Shown here: in pieces, positions 1 through 9,532 of the stretch
Position numbering within the stretch: the stretch's first letter is position 1
Layout of the letters: every line of letters starts with the position of its first letter
Origin: Bdellovibrionales bacterium
Lineage (GTDB): Bacteria > Bdellovibrionota > Bdellovibrionia > Bdellovibrionales > JAGQZY01
Reading direction: 5' to 3'
NCBI GenBank assembly: GCA_964230645.1
Contig: CAXRHT010000002.1
Coordinates: 96,001-160,000 of the forward strand
DNA length: 64,000 nucleotides
Made by a program: the position numbers and the translations under genes
Notes under the pieces: generated by a model
Seen by the model: the letters and a program-made list of their open reading frames with translations, nothing else
What the model was told of the DNA's origin: nothing
The model's database searches: none

Positions 1-2
1 TT

Positions 3-131
3 CCCATTCACCGCAACGGCAATAAACTTTATTGTCTGAGTTTCTTTAACCCCGAGATGAAAAGCATTCATCCCATGGAGTTGAAAGTTATCTCTGAGAT
101 ACAGAATGATTTGGAAGTGGTCATCAAGTAG
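3..131 (+). CDS. 3' end of a gene entering from the left edge (partial, unknown product)
   Basis: Open frame PIHRNGNKLY...LEVVIK ending in TAG at 129-131. Confidence 0.5.
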   Translation, partial: PIHRNGNKLYCLSFFNPEMKSIHPMELKVISEIQNDLEVVIK

Positions 132-213
132 TCATCACTAATCGAGTGCCCAAAGAAAATTCTATTAATTTTTTTACTAAACACAAAGCCATCGGGTCTG
201 TAGACTGTAATCA

Positions 214-2487
214 ATGAAGTTCTTATTCGGAAGTGAAAGCGAGCCTACCAATCCCCAAGGGCGTTTTGGACTCTTTGAAGGAGTTTTTACCCCCTGTGTT
301 CTCACCATTCTTGGTGTGATCATGTTTATGAGGACCGGTTTTGTGGTGGGGCACTCTGGCCTTTGGTTGGGGCTTTTAATCCTTTGTCTTTCAAAAATCA
401 TCACCACGTTAACGGCTCTGAGTCTTTCGGCGATCTCCACCAACACGGAGGTTCGGGGTGGTGGTGTTTACTATATGATCTCCCGCGCTCTGGGACCTGA
501 CTTTGGTGGCACGATTGGAATTACGTTGTTTATCGCCCAAGCCGTAGGTGTGTCTTTTTATGTGATTGGATTTACCGAGGCACTGGTTGGAACCATGGCT
601 CCTTTTTTGGGTTTCCTTGAAACTCCGGTGATGACCGCCTCTGAGTCCCTCTATCAAATGAAAGTGCCCCAGACAATTTCAAGTCTTGTCATTGCAGGGC
701 TTTTTTATCTGACTTTTAAAGGGGCTGATGTGGCCTTAAAAGTTCAAAACTATGTTTTGGTGATCCTACTTTTATCCATCGTTAGTTTTCTTGTGGGTGG
801 GGTGATCCATTTTGACTCGGAAGTTTATCAAGCGAGCCAAGCGGCTAGTTATACCGATGGAGTGAGTTTTTGGGTGGCTTTTGCCATATTTTTCCCGGCC
901 ACAACGGGAATCACTGCGGGTGCTAATATGTCCGGGGATTTAAAAAATCCTGAAAAGTCCATCCCCTGGGGCACTCTTTTGGCCATTATTTTTACTTTTT
1001 TGATTTATATCCTACAAATGATCTTGGTTTCTGGAAGCACAATTAGGGAGAGCTTAAAGGCTGAACCCTTTGAAGCTTTACAGAGTATTAGTATTTTTGC
1101 TCCTCTTATTATCCTCGGTGTTTTTGCGGCGACTCTTAGTTCAGCTCTTGGAAGTTTTCTCGGCGCGCCCAGGATTTTACAAGCCATGGGTAGAGACGGT
1201 TTGATGCGTCCACTGACATATTTTGCTAAGGGCGAGGGCGCCTCGGATGAGCCGCAAAGAGCGACCGTTTTAACTTTCCTTATAGCCATAGCTGTTATTT
1301 GGGCAGGAGACTTAAACGCTGTGGCCGAAGTTATATCCATGTTTTTTCTTATTGCTTATGGAACGATCAATCTTTCCGCTTTTGTTGAAAGTAAAGGGGG
1401 GAATCCTAGCTTTCGTCCTCAGTTTCGACTGTTTCACTGGTCCACGGCGCTTGCTGGAGCTATCGGTTGCACTATAGCCATGATGAAAATTAATGATACT
1501 TATGCGCTGGTGGCTCTTGGGGTTTCGGCGATCATTTATATTTATCTTAAGAAAAAAGACATTGAAACCAGTCATGGGGATGCCAAAAGAGGCTATATTT
1601 TTAGGGGAGTCCGTAACGGTTTGAAACTTTTGGAGGGAACCAGGGCTCACTCAAAAAACTGGCGGCCTGTTTTAGTTTCTGTTCATGATGATTTAGATAA
1701 GAACAAAGCCATGATACAAGCCGGATCTTGGATTGAAAGTGCTAGAGGTCTATACACAGTCCTTGGTGTTCACGAAGAAAAGGGCTTAGACTTTGAGAAA
1801 CAATACAAGCTCTCTAATGAGCGTAAAGACAGTATTCAAAAGTTTTTAAAAAAAGAAAGGATCCAGGCTTTCACAGAAAGTTTGGTGACAAAAGATTACC
1901 ACCAAGGCCTTTTTGATTATTTGCAGACTCACTCGATCGGAGCTCTAAAGGCGAACTCCCTTATGATTGAAGTTCCGAGGGAAGAGGAGCGCTTTGCCCG
2001 TTTTTTTAAAACTCTGGAAATGGTTGGAACTTTTAATCTGAACCTAGTCGTCTACAGGAGTGGAAACTTTGATCTCTCCAAAAAGAAAAAAGTCATCGAC
2101 CTTTGGTGGCGTGATGAGAGTAATGGTTCACTCATGGCTCTTTTTTCTTACCTAATGACCCTGGGAGACACCTGGGGCGGGGCCTCCATTCGGTTTTTGC
2201 GAGCGGTGCCTCAGGGGACTAGCCACCTCAAGGTGGAAAAAGAAATGCTTGAAATAAAAAGACAGTCGAGAATTGACGCAGAGGTTAAGATATTAACCTA
2301 CGACAAGTTTCCCACTGAGGCTTTAAAAGAAGAGTCCGAGGCCACGGCCGATTTCGTTTTTATTGGTATGGGGGCCACTGATGGTGAGCAGGCGAAGCAT
2401 TCTATCAAAAGCCTTTTACCGGTCTTAGAGGGGTTGCCACAGACGGCTCTTGTTTGGTCTAACGGCGAAGCCGATCTTTTCGTTTAA
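214..2487 (+). CDS. Amino-acid permease / cation-chloride cotransporter (SLC12-like) family membrane protein
   Basis: [55 protein letters not shown] and KNWRP motifs; many TM segments plus a soluble C-terminal domain. Confidence 0.88.
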   Translation: MKFLFGSESEPTNPQGRFGLFEGVFTPCVLTILGVIMFMRTGFVVGHSGLWLGLLILCLSKIITTLTALSLSAISTNTEVRGGGVYYMISRALGPDFGGTIGITLFIAQAVGVSFYVIGFTEALVGTMAPFLGFLETPVMTASESLYQMKVPQTISSLVIAGLFYLTFKGADVALKVQNYVLVILLLSIVSFLVGGVIHFDSEVYQASQAASYTDGVSFWVAFAIFFPATTGITAGANMSGDLKNPEKSIPWGTLLAIIFTFLIYILQMILVSGSTIRESLKAEPFEALQSISIFAPLIILGVFAATLSSALGSFLGAPRILQAMGRDGLMRPLTYFAKGEGASDEPQRATVLTFLIAIAVIWAGDLNAVAEVISMFFLIAYGTINLSAFVESKGGNPSFRPQFRLFHWSTALAGAIGCTIAMMKINDTYALVALGVSAIIYIYLKKKDIETSHGDAKRGYIFRGVRNGLKLLEGTRAHSKNWRPVLVSVHDDLDKNKAMIQAGSWIESARGLYTVLGVHEEKGLDFEKQYKLSNERKDSIQKFLKKERIQAFTESLVTKDYHQGLFDYLQTHSIGALKANSLMIEVPREEERFARFFKTLEMVGTFNLNLVVYRSGNFDLSKKKKVIDLWWRDESNGSLMALFSYLMTLGDTWGGASIRFLRAVPQGTSHLKVEKEMLEIKRQSRIDAEVKILTYDKFPTEALKEESEATADFVFIGMGATDGEQAKHSIKSLLPVLEGLPQTALVWSNGEADLFV

Positions 2488-2526
2488 ACGCTTAGTGACT
2501 TTGCATGTTAATTTCTACACAAATCC

Positions 2527-3414
2527 ATGGGTGACAATCCGTTCAAGCTTTTTTATGTATTTAAGGCAGTGGGGCAGATAAGACTAATCCTATTCATCTT
2601 AGTTTTACTTACAGGGTTTCTGTTTGATGGCAAGGCGCAAGCTCAAAGCTTACCTGTGTCGTGCAAACAGCAGCAAATCAATCGATTACACTTTGGTAAA
2701 AATCTCTATGTCCGGGTGATCAAATACGGTTTTCACGATTTTAAGAAACTCAATAAGGTGGCTGTTATTGTTCCACCAACGGGTGGAACCAATTTGATTG
2801 ATCGTCAGTACGCTTATTATTTTTGCAGACAAGGGTTGCCCGCAATCATCATGGATGAGTGGACCGGATCAAACACGAAGTTTGATCCTTTTGATCTCAA
2901 CTCCCATCAAAAAGAATTGGACTGGGGGAAGAAAGCTTTTCTAACCCTGACCCGCTACCTTAATCCCGCAAAAGTTTCAGTTCTATCCACAAGTAAAGGC
3001 GGCATTGGTACCTCATGTTTCTTAAATGAGTTTCCAAGGAACATTCGCTCACTTGTGACCGTGGTGGCTGGTGCCCCACTCCACCTCACAATTTCTCGCT
3101 CCAACCAAGAAGATTTAAGAAAGCTTCGAGATCTTCGGATGAGAAGGTGGCAATTGGGCTCCGTCGAGGATTACGACCGAATGATTTATGATTCCCTAAA
3201 GGTTAAAACTTCAAATCGTAATCCCAGGGTGCGGCTTGCTATGATTATTGCTGAAAAAGATTTTTCAGTGCCCAGTTCTTTGCAACATTATCTCGCCAAT
3301 CTTTGGCGGCCGGAAAAAATCTGGCGTTTAGAGAATAATCATTTTCTAACAATTGTTTTTAGTTTTGGTCGCTTGAGGGACCGCATTCATGATTTTATGG
3401 AAGAGTCTTTTTAG
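2527..3414 (+). CDS. Secreted alpha/beta-hydrolase-fold protein (true start may be downstream)
   Basis: Signal peptide ending AQA; PPTGG, nucleophile-elbow-like STSKGG, D..VP and a late His (NNH). Confidence 0.6.
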   Translation: MGDNPFKLFYVFKAVGQIRLILFILVLLTGFLFDGKAQAQSLPVSCKQQQINRLHFGKNLYVRVIKYGFHDFKKLNKVAVIVPPTGGTNLIDRQYAYYFCRQGLPAIIMDEWTGSNTKFDPFDLNSHQKELDWGKKAFLTLTRYLNPAKVSVLSTSKGGIGTSCFLNEFPRNIRSLVTVVAGAPLHLTISRSNQEDLRKLRDLRMRRWQLGSVEDYDRMIYDSLKVKTSNRNPRVRLAMIIAEKDFSVPSSLQHYLANLWRPEKIWRLENNHFLTIVFSFGRLRDRIHDFMEESF

Positions 3415-3532
3415 CAGGCCTTGACCTTTGTGTGGAAATCTTCACCTATTAAACATAGATCTTTAACCATCTTCGTTTGAAAAGTTTGGCACACTACAGG
3501 TGCATCAAAGAAGTTTTCAAGGAGGATGAACA

Positions 3533-3691
3533 ATGAAAATTAAGTTTAGAGGAAAAACAAATTATAAAAAAATGAATGAGTCCAAGGGGAGTGAAAAATA
3601 TGAGCGCCCTGAAGAGCACATAAGTATGAGTACTAAAAGAGTGCCTACTAAGAAGAAGATCCAGCCTGTATTTGGGGACACCTCCCAGTAA
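3533..3691 (+). CDS. Small basic hypothetical protein (52 aa, below the ORF-track cutoff)
   Basis: AAGGAGG RBS at ~3519-3525, ATG 3533, MKIKFRGKTNYKK...FGDTSQ, TAA 3689-3691. Confidence 0.55.
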   Translation: MKIKFRGKTNYKKMNESKGSEKYERPEEHISMSTKRVPTKKKIQPVFGDTSQ

Positions 3692-3708
3692 TCCTGCCTC
3701 CCGTCGTT

Positions 3709-4239
3709 TTAATGAAGAGTCGATTTGTCATTGTCGCTTTTGGTTAAATCCTCTTCCTCACTCGGTTTCGACTCACCATAGACCAATTTCTTTTCGTAGT
3801 TCTCAAGCCACTTATCGGCCTCTTGCTCAAGATGAGTGTTTTGAGTGGAGTAGCGAAAGTAGTACATCCTTTTTTCAAAAGGCATGGTTTGCCATTCTTT
3901 AGGCATGTCACTGTCCTCAAGGTCGTCTTCAAGGAGTTCTGTCCAGAGGTGCTCGACCACGTCCATTGATTTTTGGATCAACTCCAGGGCTTTTTCTTTT
4001 TCACTGTCGAATTCAAAGGAAACCACGAAGTTGGGTTGCTTCAGTTGACCCTCGATACGAAGGCCATAAAGTCCGAGGATTTCTTTTTCGTAAATACGGC
4101 CTTCGACCACGAATTGGCTATTCTCTAGGTCGTATTCGCCGGCAAAGCGCTCATTAAGAGCTGAAACGGCCATTTGGCAGAGTTCTTCTGGAAAAGGGCT
4201 CCATTTTGTGGAAGTTTTCAGGCGTGGTTCTAGTGTCAT
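3709..4239 (-). CDS. Hypothetical acidic cytoplasmic protein
   Basis: 176-aa ORF divergent from miaB with protein-like composition. Confidence 0.75.
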   Translation of the reverse strand: MTLEPRLKTSTKWSPFPEELCQMAVSALNERFAGEYDLENSQFVVEGRIYEKEILGLYGLRIEGQLKQPNFVVSFEFDSEKEKALELIQKSMDVVEHLWTELLEDDLEDSDMPKEWQTMPFEKRMYYFRYSTQNTHLEQEADKWLENYEKKLVYGESKPSEEEDLTKSDNDKSTLH

Positions 4240-4374
4240 TTTCTCTTATGTCCTTTGTTGACTCCGTAAAAAACGGTGTTATAACCTAGCAAATTAAACG
4301 CTGCAAGTCATAAGATTTTCCCCTGAGTTTCCAAAGACTTAAAGAAAAAGGGAAGCCAGTTGAAGAGGAGCCTC

Positions 4375-5694
4375 ATGGATAAGGGTGTATTTATCACCAC
4401 ATACGGCTGTCAGATGAATGTTAACGACACCGAACGAATGTACTCACTGCTTGAAATGGTGGGTTACCGTCCTGTGGAGACTCCGGATGAGTCCAATCTG
4501 ATTATTATCAATTCCTGCAGTGTGCGAGAAAAGCCTGTTCATAAAGTCCACTCCGAGGTGGGGCGCTATAAAAATCTAAAAGCGGCCAATCCTCAGTTAA
4601 AAATTGGTGTGGGTGGCTGTGTGGCTCAGCAAGAAAAAAAGAAGCTTTTAAAAGACATTCCTCTTCTGGATTTTGTTTTTGGAACGGACGCAATTGATGA
4701 GTTGCCAAGTCTTGTTTCAAAGCTTGAAAAAGACGAAGACAAAATCAATTCCACCAAGTTTCTCCACAACCAACCCTATCAGGTTGAGACCATGATTCGG
4801 AACCCTGGGGTTTCGACCTTTGTAAACATCACTAAGGGTTGTGATAATTTTTGTACCTTTTGTGTGGTTCCTTTTACCAGAGGCCGGGAGCGCTCAAGGA
4901 AACTATCAGAACTCGTGAATGATATCAATAACCTCACTAAGCGAGGCGTGAAAGAGGTGACTCTACTTGGCCAAAACGTCAACTCCTATAAGTCTGAGTG
5001 TGGAGCCGATTTCGCAGCCCTTTTGAAAGCCGTCGCCGTTGATACTGATATTCACCGCATCCGTTACACCACCTCACACCCCAAGGATTTTAACCAAGAG
5101 CTGGTTGAAATTTCAGAGCAGTACCGCGACAAGGTTTGTGATTATATTCATCTTCCCGTTCAGTGTGGCAATTCCGAGGTTCTTGAGCGCATGAATCGTG
5201 GCTATTCTAGAGAGGACTACCTTAAGAAAGTTAAGATGATTAAAGACACGATTCCTGGCGTTGCGTTCTCTACGGATATTATCGTAGGCTTTCCGGGGGA
5301 GACCGAGGAGCAATTTCAACAGACCTTAAGCCTTATTGAAGAGGTTCAATACGACGGTATTTATGCTTTCAAATACTCGCCAAGGCCCTTTACCAAAGCG
5401 GCCCGCTGGGAGGATCACCTCAGTGAAGAGGAAAAATCAGAAAGGCTGGAGCGTGTTTTTGCTCTGCAAAGACCCATTGCTTTGAAATTAGCCCAAGAGT
5501 GTATCGGTCAAACCTACGAAGTTTTGGTCGAGGAAATCGCTGAGGATGGTATGGCTTTTGGTCGCAACACTCAAAATAGAAAAGTGAAGTTTGAAGCCGG
5601 TGATGTAAAGCCCGGCGACTTTGCATATGTCATAGTGGACAAAGCTAGGCCCTCCCTACTCACGGGACGAAGGGTGGATTTACAAACTCATTAA
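4375..5694 (+). CDS. miaB: tRNA-2-methylthio-N6-dimethylallyladenosine synthase
   Basis: TYGCQMNVND, NSCSVRE, radical-SAM GCDNFCTFC, C-terminal TRAM domain; GAGGAG RBS before ATG 4375. Confidence 0.96.
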   Translation: MDKGVFITTYGCQMNVNDTERMYSLLEMVGYRPVETPDESNLIIINSCSVREKPVHKVHSEVGRYKNLKAANPQLKIGVGGCVAQQEKKKLLKDIPLLDFVFGTDAIDELPSLVSKLEKDEDKINSTKFLHNQPYQVETMIRNPGVSTFVNITKGCDNFCTFCVVPFTRGRERSRKLSELVNDINNLTKRGVKEVTLLGQNVNSYKSECGADFAALLKAVAVDTDIHRIRYTTSHPKDFNQELVEISEQYRDKVCDYIHLPVQCGNSEVLERMNRGYSREDYLKKVKMIKDTIPGVAFSTDIIVGFPGETEEQFQQTLSLIEEVQYDGIYAFKYSPRPFTKAARWEDHLSEEEKSERLERVFALQRPIALKLAQECIGQTYEVLVEEIAEDGMAFGRNTQNRKVKFEAGDVKPGDFAYVIVDKARPSLLTGRRVDLQTH

Positions 5695-5706
5695 AAGGAG
5701 AAAGTC

Positions 5707-6222
5707 ATGAGGCTTCGAGGAAAAAAACCGCAATTTAGTGAAAACTGTTTTGTTGCGCCCTCAGCCGACTTGATCGGAGATGTCCAAATCGGCAAGGACT
5801 CCTCGATTTGGTTTCAGTGTGTTTTAAGAGGGGACGTGATGCCCATCACTATTGGTGAGGCCACTAACATTCAAGACGGTACAGTGATTCATGGAACCTA
5901 TGAGAAGTTTGCCACGAAAGTGGGCAACTATGTCACCGTTGGGCATAAGGCCATGCTTCATGGTTGCACGATTGGCGATGAGGCCTTTGTAGGCATGAAT
6001 GCCACACTTCTTGATGGTGCGGTGATGGAGCCTCGCAGTTTTTTAGCCGCAGGGTCTTTACTCACCGAAGGGGCAAGGGCAGAGAGTGGTTTTTTGTATA
6101 TGGGCACACCGGCTAAAAAGATTCGCCCCTTGAATGAAGAAGAACTAAAATTTTTGCGCCAATCGGCAAATAATTATTTAATGTATAAAACTTGGTACGA
6201 TGAAGAGGAACGGAGGATGTGA
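5707..6222 (+). CDS. Gamma carbonic anhydrase family (hexapeptide repeat) protein
   Basis: IGDVQIG..SSIW...LRGD, NIQDGTVIH, VGHKAMLHGCTIG. Confidence 0.92.
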   Translation: MRLRGKKPQFSENCFVAPSADLIGDVQIGKDSSIWFQCVLRGDVMPITIGEATNIQDGTVIHGTYEKFATKVGNYVTVGHKAMLHGCTIGDEAFVGMNATLLDGAVMEPRSFLAAGSLLTEGARAESGFLYMGTPAKKIRPLNEEELKFLRQSANNYLMYKTWYDEEERRM

Positions 6223-7679
6223 TGAATTTGAATGAAGAAGCTTTGACCTATGATGATATTTTACTGATTCCGCAGTACTCCGAAATTGTTCCAAGCGAAA
6301 TTTCCACAAGGTCTTTTTTCGCAAGAGATATTTACCTAAACACTCCCTTAATCACAGCGGCGATGGATACGGTCACTGAAAATCGCATGGCAAGGGTTCT
6401 GGCTCAGCTTGGCGGTCTAGGAATAATCCATAAAAACTTAAGCATTGAAAAGCAGGCCTTTGAAGTAGAAAAAGTGAAAAAGTATGAGAGTGGTATGATC
6501 ACTGATCCCATCACTTTGCGTCCTGACGCCACGGTGGAAGAGGCCATTAACCTTATGGCTCAGTACTCAATCAGTGGAGTACCTATAACTGAGGGAGTAA
6601 AACTTGTTGGGATACTCACTAATCGTGATCTTCGCTTTGAGACCAACCTCTCTCAACCTGTTTCAAACATTATGACCAAAGAAAAGTTGGTGACCACCAA
6701 AGAGGGCACAACTCTTGATGAAGCCAAAAGCATTTTACAAAAACATCGTATTGAAAAACTTTTGGTCGTTGACAATGAAGGCGCTCTTAAAGGTCTTATT
6801 ACGATTAAAGATATTGAAAAAGCCACCACCTATCCCAACTCTTCAAAAGACGATCAAGGGCGCTTACTTGTGGGAGCGGCCATCGGTATTGATGACACCT
6901 CAAAAGAAAGAGCCCAAGCCTTAATGGAAAAACACTGTGATGTACTTGTTGTTGACACCGCTCATGGCCACTCTAAAAATGTTTTAAAGCAAGTGGAGTG
7001 GGTCAGAAAAGAGTTTCCCGATGTGGTTTTAGTGGCCGGAAATGTGGTAACGGCTGAAGCTTGTGAGGCTCTTTATTCAAAAGGAGCTGATGTGGCAAAA
7101 GTGGGTGTGGGGCCTGGAAGTATTTGTACCACTCGTATTGTGGCCGGAGTGGGTATGCCTCAAGTCGCCGCCATTATGGAATGCTCTAAAGAAGCTAAAA
7201 AACAGGGCAAAACAATCATTGCTGATGGTGGGATCAAGTTCTCAGGAGATATGGCCAAAGCCTTAGCTCTGGGGGCCAACACTGTGATGGTTGGAAATTT
7301 ACTAGCCGGAGCCGAAGAAAGCCCTGGTGAGACGATTTTATATCAAGGTCGAACTTATAAGCTTTATCGCGGCATGGGCTCCCTTGGTGCTATGAGCAAA
7401 GGATCTAAAGATCGTTATTTCCAAGGTGATGTGCGTGAGAACGACAAACTGGTTCCTGAAGGAATTGAAGGTAAAGTTCCCTACCGTGGTTCGGCCTCAG
7501 GAATCGTGCACCAACTTCTTGGAGGTGTGCGAGCGGGAATGGGTTATGTGGGCGCTAAAGATATTGCTAACCTACAGGAGCGCGCTCGTTTTGCCCGTAT
7601 TAGTGGATCGGGACTCAAAGAATCTCATGTGCATGATGTGACTATTACTAAAGAAGCCCCTAACTATCGACTGGAGTAG
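6222..7679 (+). CDS. guaB: IMP dehydrogenase
   Basis: LTYDD, AAMDTVTE, CBS pair, VGVGPGSICTTR, YRGMGS, PEGIEG. Confidence 0.97.
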   Translation: MNLNEEALTYDDILLIPQYSEIVPSEISTRSFFARDIYLNTPLITAAMDTVTENRMARVLAQLGGLGIIHKNLSIEKQAFEVEKVKKYESGMITDPITLRPDATVEEAINLMAQYSISGVPITEGVKLVGILTNRDLRFETNLSQPVSNIMTKEKLVTTKEGTTLDEAKSILQKHRIEKLLVVDNEGALKGLITIKDIEKATTYPNSSKDDQGRLLVGAAIGIDDTSKERAQALMEKHCDVLVVDTAHGHSKNVLKQVEWVRKEFPDVVLVAGNVVTAEACEALYSKGADVAKVGVGPGSICTTRIVAGVGMPQVAAIMECSKEAKKQGKTIIADGGIKFSGDMAKALALGANTVMVGNLLAGAEESPGETILYQGRTYKLYRGMGSLGAMSKGSKDRYFQGDVRENDKLVPEGIEGKVPYRGSASGIVHQLLGGVRAGMGYVGAKDIANLQERARFARISGSGLKESHVHDVTITKEAPNYRLE

Positions 7680-7687
7680 AAGTTAAA

Positions 7688-9214
7688 ATGGATGGTGGAG
7701 TTATAATTTTAGACTTTGGGTCGCAAGTGACCCAGTTGATCGCAAGACGTTTGCGTGAATTTGATGTGTATTCTGAGTTACACCCTTTTAATTTCCCTAT
7801 CGAGGAGATTAAAAAAAGAAAACCGAAAGCCATTATTCTTAGTGGTGGACCCTTGTCGGTCAACGATGACACCTCGCCTAAGCGTGAGATCAGTGAGCTC
7901 TTAGAAATTGCTCCCGTTATGGGGATCTGTTTTGGAATGCAGCTAATGGCCATGCAGTACGGGGGAATTGTCGAGAAGGCCAAGGTTCGTGAGTACGGAA
8001 AGAAAACGGTGCATTGGCGCGAGCCCCTAAAAGGCTTACCCGATGATCAAACCGTGTGGATGAGTCACGGTGATGTGGTTCATGTTCCGCCTCCGGGGTT
8101 TCGAGTTCTGGCTCAATCGGATGAAGGGCATCCGGCGGCCATTCAAAAAGAGGATCTTTTCGCTGTGCAGTTTCATCCCGAGGTGAGTCACACCGAAAGT
8201 GGTGGCGAAATTCTTAAATATTTTATTTTTGATGTGGCGGGTGCTAAGCCCAACTGGAAAGCTGAGAACATTGTTGAAGATTTAAAAAATCGCATTCAAG
8301 AGACGGTACCTGATGATGAGCATGTGATCGTTGGTTTAAGTGGTGGTGTCGATTCAACAGTCGCCGCCAGACTTGTTACCAAAGCCCTCGGACATGAAAG
8401 AGTGCATTGTTATTTTATTAATAATGGTCTTTTGAGAATGGGCGAGTACGAAGAAGTGTTAGAGCGCTATAAAAAACTAGGATTGAATGTTTCTGGAGTG
8501 GACGCAGAGAAAGTCTTTTTGCAAGCTCTTGAAGGTATTGCCGACCCTGAACAGAAGCGTAAAAAAATAGGTCATGCTTTTATTGACGTCTTTGATCACT
8601 GTGTAAAAAAGATGGACCCAAAACCTAAATGGTTGGTGCAGGGAACGCTTTATCCTGATGTGATCGAGAGTGTCTCTACAAGAGGAGAGTCAGTGACCAT
8701 TAAAACCCACCACAATGTGGGGGGCTTACCAGAAAAAATGGATTTAAAACTTTTGGAACCTTTAAGAGAGCTTTTTAAAGACGAGGTTCGCCTTATTGGT
8801 AAAGAGCTTGATATTCCAGCCGACTCTTTAGGGAGGCACCCTTTCCCAGGCCCAGGGCTGGCGATTCGAGTACTAGGAGAGGTGAGTAAAGAAAAGCTTG
8901 AGACCCTTCGTGAGGCTGACAATATTTATATCTCAGAACTCAAAAAACAAGGGCTTTACGACAAGATTTGGCAGGCTTTTAGCGTGTTGCTCCCTGTCAA
9001 TACCGTGGGTGTGCAAGGTGACGCTAGAACTTACGCCAATGTATTAGCTTTGCGGGCCGTTACTTCAGAGGACGCCATGACAGCTGATTGGTTTCAGTTC
9101 AGCCATGAGTTTCTCCAAAGAGTGTCCTCTCGTATTACCAACGAAGTCGAAGGTGTGAACCGAGTGGTTTACGATGTGACGAGTAAACCTCCAGGAACCA
9201 TTGAGTGGGAGTAG
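7688..9214 (+). CDS. guaA: Glutamine-hydrolysing GMP synthase
   Basis: LDFGSQ, GICFGMQ, QFHPEV, SGGVDS, HPFPGPGL, KPPGTIEWE. Confidence 0.97.
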   Translation: MDGGVIILDFGSQVTQLIARRLREFDVYSELHPFNFPIEEIKKRKPKAIILSGGPLSVNDDTSPKREISELLEIAPVMGICFGMQLMAMQYGGIVEKAKVREYGKKTVHWREPLKGLPDDQTVWMSHGDVVHVPPPGFRVLAQSDEGHPAAIQKEDLFAVQFHPEVSHTESGGEILKYFIFDVAGAKPNWKAENIVEDLKNRIQETVPDDEHVIVGLSGGVDSTVAARLVTKALGHERVHCYFINNGLLRMGEYEEVLERYKKLGLNVSGVDAEKVFLQALEGIADPEQKRKKIGHAFIDVFDHCVKKMDPKPKWLVQGTLYPDVIESVSTRGESVTIKTHHNVGGLPEKMDLKLLEPLRELFKDEVRLIGKELDIPADSLGRHPFPGPGLAIRVLGEVSKEKLETLREADNIYISELKKQGLYDKIWQAFSVLLPVNTVGVQGDARTYANVLALRAVTSEDAMTADWFQFSHEFLQRVSSRITNEVEGVNRVVYDVTSKPPGTIEWE

Positions 9215-9345
9215 AGTTTTGTGGGGAAGGCCTGTTTTCCGGGCCTTTAGATTTTTTTGGTGTCTATCGCTTAGTAAATTAGCATTTCAGTCAGGCAGAG
9301 TTGTGAGTTTTTATAAGTTAAAGTATAACTTTAGGGGCTGTCTCA

Positions 9346-9497
9346 TGTCGTCTTTAGCGAAGCGAAAGACCTTAGATCCTTCGCTACGCTCAGGAAGACA
9401 TATGTGCGTTGAGGAAGACGATTCGGTCGTCTTGAGCGAAGCGAAAGATCTTAGATCCTTCGCTACGCTCAGGATGACAATTCTGTTCAGGATGGCA
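9346..9497. repeat. REP-like palindromic element, two compact doublets (copy A)
   Basis: GTCGTCTTGAGCGAAGCGAAAGATCT / AGATCCTTCGCTACGCTCAGGATGAC inverted pairs at 9346-9400 and 9426-9478, plus a partial end copy. Confidence 0.9.
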
Positions 9498-9532
9498 GCG
9501 AACTTTTGCTATAAACATCGGGTGGGGATTTT

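Noticed and set aside
3487..3504. TGGCAC...TGCA as a sigma54 promoter
   Set aside because: GG-GC spacing is 12 nt, not 10.
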